The position numbers and the translations under genes were made by a program. From Prorocentrum cordatum (taxonomy: Eukaryota), in assembly GCA_963575745.1 (NCBI GenBank), contig CAUYUJ010000137.1, positions 1 to 64,000 on the forward strand: 64,000 nucleotides of DNA, in the 5' to 3' direction. The notes beneath the pieces were generated by a model. The model searched no databases. It was given only the letters and a program-made list of their open reading frames with translations, and was not told where the DNA came from. Positions 49,639 through 59,699 of the stretch are shown here, piece after piece. Numbering within the stretch: the first letter of the stretch is position 1; each line of letters begins with the position of its first letter.

Positions 49639-51024
49639 GAGCCCAGAGCGGCCTCCGGCACCGTTTCCGGACGGATCCGCTGGATCCGCTGGATCCGCTG
49701 GATCCGGTGACGAATCCCAAACCGGCGCCCTCGCCTGAGACATCCTCACAAAACGGGCCCCGGGGGGGATGCCCAGAGGAGCCCAGAGCGGCCTCCGGCA
49801 CCGTTTCCGGACGGATCCGCTGGATCCGCTGGATCCGGTGACGAATCCCAAACCGGCGCCCTCGCCTGAGACATCCTCACAAAACGGGCCCCGGGGGGGA
49901 TGCCCAGAGGAGCCCAGAGCGGCCTCCGGCACCGTTTCCGGACGGATCCGCTGGATCCGCTGGATCCGCTGGATCCGGTGACGAATCCCAAACCGGCGCC
50001 CTCGCCTGAGACATCCTCACAAAACGGGCCCCGGGGGGGATGCCCAGAGGAGCCCAGAGCGGCCTCCGGCACCGTTTCCGGACGGATCCGCTGGATCCGC
50101 TGGATCCGGTGACGAATCCCAAACCGGCGCCCTCGCCTGAGACATCCTCACAAAACGGGCCCCGGGGGGGATGCCCAGAGGAGCCCAGAGCGGCCTCCGG
50201 CACCGTTTCCGGACGGATCCGCTGGATCCGCTGGATCCGCTGGATCCGGTGACGAATCCCAAACCGGCGCCCTCGCCTGAGACATCCTCACAAAACGGGC
50301 CCCGGGGGGGATGCCCAGAGGAGCCCAGAGCGGCCTCCGGCACCGTTTCCGGACGGATCCGCTGGATCCGCTGGATCCGCTGGATCCGGTGACGAATCCC
50401 AAACCGGCGCCCTCGCCTGAGACATCCTCACAAAACGGGCCCCGGGGGGGATGCCCAGAGGAGCCAGATCGGCCTCCGGCACCGTTTCCGGACGGATCCG
50501 CTGGATCCGCTGGATCCGGTGACGAATCCCAAACCGGCGCCCTCGCCTGAGACATCCTCACAAAACGGGCCCCGGGGGGATGCCCAGAGGAGCCCAGAGC
50601 GGCCTCCGGCACCGTTTCCGGACGGATCCGCTGGATCCGCTGGATCCCTGACGAATCCCAAACCGGCGCCCTCGCCTGAGACATCCTCACAAAACGGGCC
50701 CCGGGGGGGATGCCCAGAGGAGCCCAGAGGCCTCCAGCACCGTTTCTGGACGGATCCGCTGGATCCGCTGGATCCGGTGACGAATCCCAAACCGGCGCCC
50801 TCGCCTGAGACATCCTCACAAAACGGGCCCCGGGGGGGATGCCCAGAGGAGCCCAGAGCGGCCTCCGGCACCGTTTCCGGACGGATCCGCTGGATCCGCT
50901 GGATCCGCTGGATCCGGTGACGAATCCCAAACCGGCGCCCTCGCCTGAGACATCCTCACAAAACGGGCCCCGGGGGGGATGCCCAGAGGAGCCCAGAGCG
51001 GCCTCCGGCACCGTTTCCGGACGG
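49639..51024. repeat. Homogeneous 131/140-bp tandem repeat, about 10 copies, with nested (GGATCCGCT)n
   Basis: Unit starts recur at 49769, 49900, 50040, 50171 and 50311; the 9-bp length difference is one GGATCCGCT. Confidence 0.96.
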
Positions 51025-51728
51025 ACGACCTGACTGCATAACACGCCTGGATATGCCGACGGGGGCGAAGGAGGAGGAGGAGGAGGAGGAGGAGGAGGAG
51101 GAGGAGGAGGAGGAGGAGGAGGAGGAGGAGGAGGAGGAGGAGGAGGGGGAGGGGGCAGGCGAGGGAGCCCCGGCCCTGGGGGAGGGGCCCTGAATTGTCT
51201 AACCGCGCTATCTGGCACCTAGCCCACCAGCATCTGGCACCCAGGAATTAAGGTTCATAACTGATAATAAAATCCTCGCGCGTCGTCCTCGCCAGAGGTG
51301 GTACTGCCCTCCTAGGCCCTCCTCCAGGCCCTCCTCCAGGCCCTCCTCCACCTCGCCCATGGGCCCTCCTAGCTAGGCCCTCCTCGCCCTAGCGTCGCCC
51401 TCGCCCTCCTAGGCCCTCCTCCTCCTCCACCTCGCCCATGGGTGCCCACACTCGCTCTCTCCCTCACACAGTCCCATCGCCCCCCTCGCCATCGTCGTCT
51501 TCGTCGTCATCATCATCATCACCGCCACCATCATCCCGACACCCCCTTCTTCTCCCTCCTTCCCATATCTTCCGCTCTTCTTTTTTCTTCTCGACATCTA
51601 ACCAGGCCTGTCATGGGCTCTGTCTGGGCTGCTGCACTGCGTCCTCATCTAGCCCCGCCTCCTCATCATATCCTAGCCCCGCGCTGCTGCTGGCGACTTA
51701 CTACGTACCTAGTAGCCCCGCTCCTCAC

Positions 51729-52082
51729 TCACTGCATGAGGATCTTCACCCTGCGCACGCGCCGGTAGGTCCCATTACTAGAGTACTGGTAATGCTCGTC
51801 GCCGTCGTAGCCCCCTGTGCCGAAAACCACGGTGACGTCGTGGTCGAAGTAGTAGTCGGTCTGAAACTGAAACCACTTAGCTCCGGACTGGTAGGCGGCC
51901 TCAGTAGCCCTGGAGTGGTAGCCCCAGAAATCCACCCAAGCGCCATCCACCCAGGAATCCTCACAGCCCCAGCGGCTTTCAGCGAACTGCCAAGTGATGG
52001 CAGTAGCCTCGTCGTTGCTGATGCGCTTCGCATTATTAGCCCCCCACCAGCAGTTCCAGCGGCAGCAGCCCGCCCAGCACAT
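51729..52082 (-). CDS. WWE-domain protein (start uncertain)
   Basis: TWQF..GAWVDF..HSRATEAAYQSG..VTVVF..HYQ..NGTYRRVRR reproduces the W-W-E signature and the C-terminal G..RxVRR motif. Confidence 0.75.
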   Translation of the reverse strand: MCWAGCCRWNCWWGANNAKRISNDEATAITWQFAESRWGCEDSWVDGAWVDFWGYHSRATEAAYQSGAKWFQFQTDYYFDHDVTVVFGTGGYDGDEHYQYSSNGTYRRVRRVKILMQ

Positions 52083-53165
52083 CGTTTAGCGCCTAGTTGT
52101 AGCGCCCAGTATGTTAGCGCCTGGCGTGCGTCAGGCCAGCAGCTTGAGCCACTAGATGCAACCAGCAGCAGCAGCAGCGGGCGTAAGGGGTGCAGCGGCG
52201 GCGGCGGAAAGGGGGGGCATCTCGTTGGGGGCTATAATATTTGCGAAGGGGGGGGGTCGACGACGCCAGGGGGGGGCTATGTGGGTGGCAAGCCCGCGAG
52301 CATACGGCACGTCCGTCCATAGGGCCCTCGCCACAGCAGGCATCGCCACGTACCAAGCAACCCATCAGGTCGTCCTGGACCATGGGGCCCTGGCCCATCC
52401 ATGGAGCCCTCGCCCTCCGCCGCGACCTTCGCAGAGACTCCGACATTCATGGGCTCCTCGCCCACAACCGCCCTCCTCCTCAGCCTCCTCCTCCTCCCAC
52501 TCCTCCGACTCCTCCTCGCCTCCTCCTCCCCCTCCCCCTGGTCACCGCCATCGTCATCGCACCCATCGCCATCGCCATCGCCATCACCCTCCCCACTCAT
52601 CGCTATCGTCGCCATCATCATCACATTAATCATCCACCTCTCGTCGCTCTCCCCCCTCCTCCTCCCCCTTCCTCCTCCCCTGCTTCTTCCTCATCGCCAC
52701 TGCCGCATAATGATTAATAATCCTTTGCTGCGTCGGCATCAGCATTATTGCAACCGCTGTTGCCCCCACCATGACAGGCCGCCGTTGCTTTCCGCATCGC
52801 CTTCTTTTCGTCACCATCGCCATCATCACCACAGCATGATGATCACCGGATCGTGTTCCTCATTATTTGTTTTTTGCTCTGCATCACGATCCGAACAGTG
52901 CTCCTCTTCTTCCTTCTACCCCCCATCCTCGACCTCCTCCACTTCTTCCTCCACCTCCTCCTCCCTCCCCCCCTTTTCCTCCTCCTTTCCTTCCTCCCCC
53001 TTTTCCTCCTCTCCCTCCTCCCTCCGTCCTCCCCCATCCTCCTCCTCCTACTCGTCCTCCTCCTCCCCGTTCTCCTCCGCCTCCTCCCCCATCCCCCTCC
53101 CTCTCCTTCCTCCCCCTGCTCCTCCCTGTTCCCTTCCCTTCCTCCTCCTCCTCTTCAACCTTCCC

Positions 53166-53265
53166 NNNNNNNNNNNNNNNNNNNNNNNNNNNNNNNNNNN
53201 NNNNNNNNNNNNNNNNNNNNNNNNNNNNNNNNNNNNNNNNNNNNNNNNNNNNNNNNNNNNNNNNN
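53166..53265. other. Assembly gap (100 N)
   Basis: Run of N. Confidence 1.
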
Positions 53266-53297
<32 letters not shown>

Positions 53298-53407
53298 TTC
53301 TCTCCCCATATCTCTCCCCCTCTCCTTTTTTCTCTCTCACTCCCCCTCTCTATCTCTCTTCCTGTCTCTCTCCCCGGTCTCTCCCTATCTCCACCCTCCA
53401 TTTCAAT

Positions 53408-54557
53408 TCACCTGGTCCGCCGCTGGACACATATGTAAATGCAACTATACCCTGGATGGTGCCTGATCTCAAGCCCCCTCGCGTCGTCCGCGACGTTCTC
53501 CAGGGCCCCCCCCCAGCGACGACCGCCCTGAAATTATGGCCACCTCCTCCAGCGCCGCCGCCTCTGCGTCGGGCCACGAGCCGAGGACGACCATCTTCCT
53601 CCATCGAAGGCAGTGGCCATCCATCCACCCGCGGCGCCCTGACCTCCAGCTCGGCCCGCCCCGCCACCGCCACTCAGGGTCAGATGAGGAACCAATGTAC
53701 GCGCCCCTTAGCCCCGCGCAGTGGCGGCGGAGGGCCTCGCCCACCCGCCGTCGCAACTCGTTAGCGCTAACGCCCAACAATGGGCCTAGGTCCGTCGCGA
53801 CGATCTCAGCATGAAGACGCGTGGCGCGCGCAATGACGTCGAGGCTATCGCTCTGGGCATATTCCCATTGTAGATCTCTGGCGGTCAGTAAAGCGGGTGG
53901 CATTGCTCGCAAGGCGAAGAATAAATCATGCTGCGAGCCCTGAGGATGCCCCTCTCGGAGGGATTCCTCAGGGCCCCTTCTTCTCCTGTCGTGGCTCCCC
54001 GCGCGCGGCGCGACAATGCCGCCCGAAAAACAGACCGCCTGAAGCTCGCGTCGTTCTTCTGGAGCGAGGGGGCGGGCCCACCTTCCGAAAAAGGAAGCGA
54101 ACGAGGACCCAGCAGTCGCTCCGCCGGCGGCCGCCGCTGTCGCCGCTGCCAAGCCTGCGTCCTCCACGGGCGCTGCGTCCGCCGCGCCCGCCACGTCCCC
54201 CACGTCGTCCTCCACCACGTCTGCCACGACGTCCGGCGCGCCTGCGCCCACTGACCAGGGGGGGGCGCGCTCGGCGACCGCCGCGGGGCCAGCGGCAGCC
54301 GCGCCGCCAGCCCTGGCAGCGCGGGCTGCGCCTGCCACGTGGGCTGCTGCAGCGCTGGCCGCGTCAGCCGCGCTGCTGGCCCCTCCTACAGTGCAAGCCC
54401 ATCTGTCAGCGCGGTTAGCCCCAACCGCGCCAGCCACGTCAGCTCCAGCGCCTGCTGTGGCAGCTGCGTCGGCCCCCCCCTCCAGCGTCTGCCCCGCTGT
54501 TAGCGCCATTAGCCCCAGCAGTCGCGTTGGTCGCAATGCCACTGTTAGCCCCAACAA
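53408..54557 (-). CDS. GIY-YIG-like endonuclease with Ala-rich N-terminus; frameshift at the C9 run 53506-53514
   Basis: AYIGSSSDPEWRW..GH..AAALEEVAI, then in the shifted frame LENVADDARG..stop at 53408-53410; fits YIG..R..H..E..N catalytic order. Confidence 0.65.
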
Positions 54558-55020
54558 TGTTGAGGCAGTCGTTCAAACGACGACGCACCTGTCGTTGGTG
54601 CTGCCTGCGAGCTGCAGCGTCGCCATCATCCAGCTGGGGACTTCTGGCCAGCAGGCCTGCAGCGAACCATGGCTCAGGCGTGGCTGCAGCGAGGCGCGGC
54701 GGCCTCGCAGGCGAGGCAGGCGAAGTGAAAGCGCGGCTGCGCACTGTGCGGACGACGCCTGGCGCCGACGACGCAGCTGCAGGCGCCAGCAGTGCAGATG
54801 CCGGCGCCGGCTCAGCGGCAGGCGCTGGCGACGCGGCAGTCCGGCGCGCGAGCCCCGGGCGGGCTGCCTGTTCCTCCGCGCCCTCGTCGTCCGACAGCAG
54901 TAGCCCCAGCAGTTGATCTCCAAGCCTGGCCCTGCTTAGCGCCGGGCGAGCTGGCCGCTGAACACCGCCATCATCGCCCGACAGCAAGAGCCCCAGCAGC
55001 TCATCTCCAAGACTGGCCAT
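54439..55020 (-). CDS. Hypothetical protein with duplicated LGD(E/Q)LLGLLLS motif; may be the N-terminus of the GIY-YIG gene
   Basis: ATG start, internal duplication, overlaps the GIY-YIG ORF in another frame. Confidence 0.4.
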   Translation of the reverse strand: MASLGDELLGLLLSGDDGGVQRPARPALSRARLGDQLLGLLLSDDEGAEEQAARPGLARRTAASPAPAAEPAPASALLAPAAASSAPGVVRTVRSRAFTSPASPARPPRLAAATPEPWFAAGLLARSPQLDDGDAAARRQHQRQVRRRLNDCLNIVGANSGIATNATAGANGANSGADAGGGGRRSCHSRRWS

Positions 55021-55491
55021 CTACGCTGAGATCGCTGCGCGAGCCAAAACGGCCGCGGGGAAGCAGCGCAAGCTGCGCGGGGCGACGAGGAAGAGAAGGA
55101 GGTGGTGGGAGGAGGGGGAGGAGGAGGAGGAGGAAGGGGGGGCCGAGACACAAGAGGCAACGGGGATTGGAGGTGGAGGAGGAGGAGGCGGAGGAGGAGG
55201 AGGAGGGGGAGGAGGAGGAGGAGGAGGAGGAGGAGGATGGCGGGGGCGCGGGATGCCCGCCTGCTGCGCCCCCATTGTCGCAGCGTCGCATTGGACGCCG
55301 CAACAAGGGGGAGGGGATCGCGAGGAGCGAGGGTCAGCAGCGAGCCCACTGGGGGCCCTCTCCATGGAACCCTCCTCTTGCTCAGAGTATTGGGGGGGGC
55401 CTCTTGGGGCCGCCTTCCTGTGGGCATCGATCAATCAGATGCAGCGGTGGTGGTGGTGGTGGCGGCGGTGGCGGGGGGCCTAAAGACCCCT

Positions 55492-55532
<41 letters not shown>

Positions 55533-55533
<1 letters not shown>

Positions 55534-55830
55534 ACGCACGCACACGCACACACACGCGCACACACACATGCACACACACAAACACAACTACAAACACACA
55601 CACACACACGCACACACACACACACGCACACACACACACACACACCACCCCCCACCCAGGACACACACACGCGCACACGCACGCACGCACGCACGCGCAC
55701 ACGCACGCGCACACACATACAAACACACACACACACACGCACACGCACGCACGCACGCACGCATGCACGCACACACACTCTCACACACACACACACAGAC
55801 ACAGACACAGACACACACACACACGCACAC
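55533..55830. repeat. (CA)n/(CACG)n microsatellite after a poly-C run
   Basis: Direct reading of the sequence. Confidence 0.95.
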
Positions 55831-56787
55831 TTCTCTCTCCGGGACGATCGATTTCGCTTCCTGGGCGGCTTTGACTAAATAATATCAATTTTTCATAGCG
55901 GGAACGCAAAATAAAACATTGCTTCTCAGAGGAGGGCCCCGAAAGTACGCGACAACATTTCTCAGGCAGGGCACCTCGGAGCATGTTGGAAGCCATATCT
56001 GGCGATCTGCGGTGCGGTGGGACGGAGGAGGAGGCCATCTGGGGGCGGGCATCGCTGGCGGCCCTCGTCCTTTCGCCATCTTGGGCAATCTTTGGCGCTC
56101 TAAAGAATCGGCCAAACCCTTGCCGCCTTATACATGTGTATGAGTATGTATATATGTATATATATATATATATATAAGTTTGTATAGGTCCAGGGGGGGG
56201 GGGGGAGGGGGAGAGGTAAAAAACCAGGTCCAGAGGGGGGGGGGTAGGAGGGGGAGGGGTAAAAAAAACCCTCCCAAGGGGAAGAAGGAGGTTGGAAGAG
56301 GAAACTCTTTAGGCCACCTACGCCCTAAAGGGCCGGTGGGATTCGCTAGTAGTAGACAGACCACCTGCGGCCAGAGGGCGGCGGCAATAGTCGCGGTGGC
56401 GTTGGAGCGGCGGCACTGGTGGCGGGAGCGGCGGCAGTGGCGGTAGCAGAGCGGCAGTGACTGGGGCGGGGCGGCAGTGGTGGTGGTGGTGGCGGCGGCG
56501 GCGGGTGGCGGCGGCAGCGAGCAGCAGCGGCGGCGGCGGGCTGCTTCTTCGCCCTGCCCTCCCCGTGGCCCAGGTGGGCAGCGCTGGGCGGGCGCTGCTG
56601 GGCCTGCCGGCGACTGGTGGCGCGCAGGCGTCGCTCGAGAAGGCGTTGTTGCTGGGGCTAATAATCGCTGCCGCCCCCCCCCCCCCTCCCCCGCAGCAGC
56701 CGCCGCCCCCCCCCGCCTCCCATGGCGGTTGGCGGTGGCGCGGGGTCGAGGCAGGGGGGGGCGGCGGCTCGTTGGGCGGGCTAGAAG

Positions 56788-57933
56788 GTGGCGCGCGACA
56801 TGCTGATCGGCGACGCCCCGGTGCCTGGGTGGTCCGATCCGCAATCGCAGCAGGACTTGCTGGTTGGGAAAGACAAGGGGGGGCTGGTAGGTAGCTCCCC
56901 CTTAACCCTGGGCCCCTCCTCCCCCAGAGGCCGCTTGCTACCGACAACCTGGGGTAGTGGGGGCAGGATGGGCCGGCCGCCTGCTACAAACCTGGGGCTA
57001 GACATCACCCCCCCTGCCTGGCCACCTCGCGAGGACCAGCTGGAGACCCGGGTCTTGGAGGCGCTAAGCGCGGAGCACCGGCGGCGCCAGTGGGCGGCGG
57101 TGGTCGAGGAAGACCGCCGTCTCGCGACCTTGCCGCGCGTGCACTGGCTGTCGACTTATCCGAATAATCTCATTCCATCGAAGCTCTTGACGGGGTGGGG
57201 CATGAACTGGTGGCTCGGCGGCGTGGCGGCTGTGCAGGATAGGGCTATTAGCTTGGACTGGGACATCCTGGTGGACTGCCTCGGCGCCGGGCCTGGAGGC
57301 GGGGTGCGGCAGTGGGCGGCAGGGCTAAGGGACCCAGTCCACTTGCCAGCATCGTGGAATTACCATGGGGTCGCGCAGCAGCTGAGGGGTGCGATAAGAA
57401 CCCTGGCTGCGGCGCCGCGCGGGGCTAAGGTGCTCATCTTCTGCCGCCAGGGGGAGTGCCGGTCGGCGTGCGTGGCTGCTGTGTGTCTCTGCGCCATGGG
57501 GCTAATGAGGGTTGAGCAAGCGGTGCGCCTCGCGCGCGCGAGCCGCCCCCAGGCCCTCCCACCTGGCAACTCGCGCGCCATGGAGGACATCGCGAAACTC
57601 GAGAAGCTCTGGGAGAACGAGGGCGAGGCGCTAAGGCATGCGGCTGCGGCAGGCGCCGCCAGGGCTCGCGGGCGGCTGGGGGGCGAGGAGGGGGAGGGAG
57701 GAGGGGGGGGAGGAGAAGGAGGAGGAGGAGGAGGGCGACGACGACGAGGACGAGGGCGAGAACGAGAAGGACGAGGACAAGGTGGAGGAGGAGGACGAGG
57801 AGGGAGGGGGAGGAGGGAGGAGGACGAGGTGAGGAGGAGGGAGGAGGAGGAGAAGGAGGAGGAAGAGGACGAGGAGGACAAGGAGAGGGGGGAAGAGGAG
57901 GAGCAGGAACGCGAGGGGTCGGAAGAGAAATAG
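56788..57933 (+). CDS. Dual-specificity (PTP-superfamily) phosphatase-like protein; start uncertain and tail runs into (GGA)n
   Basis: WWLGGVAAV, ILVDC, KVLIFCRQGECRSACVAAVCL (CX5R P-loop, Cys at 57442), AVRLARASRPQALP in canonical DSP order. Confidence 0.82.
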   Translation: MARDMLIGDAPVPGWSDPQSQQDLLVGKDKGGLVGSSPLTLGPSSPRGRLLPTTWGSGGRMGRPPATNLGLDITPPAWPPREDQLETRVLEALSAEHRRRQWAAVVEEDRRLATLPRVHWLSTYPNNLIPSKLLTGWGMNWWLGGVAAVQDRAISLDWDILVDCLGAGPGGGVRQWAAGLRDPVHLPASWNYHGVAQQLRGAIRTLAAAPRGAKVLIFCRQGECRSACVAAVCLCAMGLMRVEQAVRLARASRPQALPPGNSRAMEDIAKLEKLWENEGEALRHAAAAGAARARGRLGGEEGEGGGGGGEGGGGGGRRRRGRGREREGRGQGGGGGRGGRGRREEDEVRRREEEEKEEEEDEEDKERGEEEEQEREGSEEK

Positions 57934-58554
57934 GAGGAGGAGGATGGGGGGGGGGAGGAGGATAAGGAGGAAGAGGACAAGGGGGATGATGACGAGGACA
58001 GGGGGGGAGGAGGAGTGGACGGGCAGGAGGAGGCGGGGGAGGAGGAAGACGATGAGAGGGGACGAGGATGTGATGAGGAGGTGAAGAGGAGGAAGAGGAG
58101 GAGGGGAAAAAGAGGAGGAGGCAGATGATGAGGGGGCGTAGTTCGTTCCAGGCAGAGTGATGAGGGGGGGGGGCCCTGCTGCTGTCCCCCCTGTCTTCCA
58201 TCTCCATCTCCTCGTCCTCCTCGTCCTCCTCGTCCTCCTCCTTCTCGTCCTCCTCGCCCCCCCCAACTTGGCCCCTCCTCCTCCCCCCCTCACCTGCTGC
58301 TGCTGCCCCCCTCCCCAAGGCTTCGACGAAGCCCAGTTGCCCTTGGGGGGGGCCGCCGTCACCGTGGCCTTCGAGCGCGGGTGCGCTCGCGTGAAGGGCG
58401 AGAGGGAGGCGGGGGGCTAAATTTCGGCGGGGCGCCGCCGCCGCGGGCGCCGCCGGAGCTAAGGTATAAGCGGACAGACGGCGCCTGGTTGCCGCAGCGA
58501 ATTTGGGAGAAAAGGTGGAAGAGACATAGATAGGGAGTAAGAGGGGGGAGGAAA

Positions 58555-58585
<31 letters not shown>

Positions 58586-59389
58586 GAGGAGGAGGAGGAG
58601 CAGGATGAGGAGCCTCCCCCTGACGACGAGACGACTACCATGCTTTTTATACCCGAAGGCTAGGGGCAAGAAACAGTACCGAGTTCAAAGGCAAACAAGA
58701 CGACGCGTCAATCAACTTCTTGTGCTTTCCATCGGCGGGCTTTAGCAACACCACGCCAGTGCCCTCGCTGCCCCCCCCCCCCAAAAAAAAAAAAAAAAGA
58801 GGGCCCCAGGGGGGGCATCATCTATAGGCAGGGGGATGCGCTTGTCCAAGGCAAGCGCATATTCAATTATTAAATGAGAGGAGGAGGAGCAGGAGGAGGG
58901 GCCAGGAAGAGAGAGGGGCAGGAACAGGAAGAAAGGAGCAAGTCATATTTGACTCGACATTATTTCCTGGCGCGTTCCCCCGCAGATTGGATTCCATGTG
59001 ATCTTAGCCCATCCATGCGATCTTAGCCCCCATCGCGCGTTCAATTCCATTAGATCCCATGCCCCCCAGCAAGTGAATGAGAGCCCCAGGAGGGTTGAAT
59101 CCTAGGTGCCAGATGCAGGTGGGCTAGGTGCCAGTTAGCGCGGTTAGACTTTCTGAGGGAGCCCTGATGGGCTTCCGGCACCATGGAGAGGTCCTGTGGG
59201 GCGGCCGGCCCTTCTTCTCTCGGTCGTTTCCCTCTCGCCCAGAAGCGCGCGCCCCTTCTTCTATATATGCAGAAACTCCCGATCAACCGCAGAGCGGCGG
59301 ATGTTACTGGGCTTCGGTGGAAAACCGCACAGGGCGTGAATGGGAAAGCGTGGGACTTCTGCCCAGCACCATCTCCTCGCCCTCCATGT

Positions 59390-59477
59390 TCATCAGCATC
59401 ATTAGCATCACCACCACCATTATCAGCATCATCCATAACATCACCACCAACGTCATCATCATCCTCATCACCATCAC

Positions 59478-59556
<79 letters not shown>

Positions 59557-59572
59557 GTCATCGCCATCATCA
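59390..59572. repeat. (CAT)n microsatellite
   Basis: Direct reading of the sequence. Confidence 0.95.
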
Positions 59573-59699
59573 ATTCCTTCCTCCCCCTTCACGAAACTCC
59601 TGCTCTGTGTTCCTCGCGCTCCCCCTCATCCTCCTCAAGTCGGATTTCCCTGTCATGGCGGTGATATGTTACGATGGGAATCAACGCAAACATGTATTC

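Larger units (their letters stand above)
51197..59149. mobile_element. Candidate TIR-bounded cargo element of about 8 kb
   Basis: 51197-51246 and 59100-59149 are inverted, 47/50 identical; contains three recognisable domains; spans one N gap. Confidence 0.65.

Noticed and set aside
49639..51024. CRISPR-like array or repeated small ORFs
   Set aside because: Pure tandem repeat with no unique spacers
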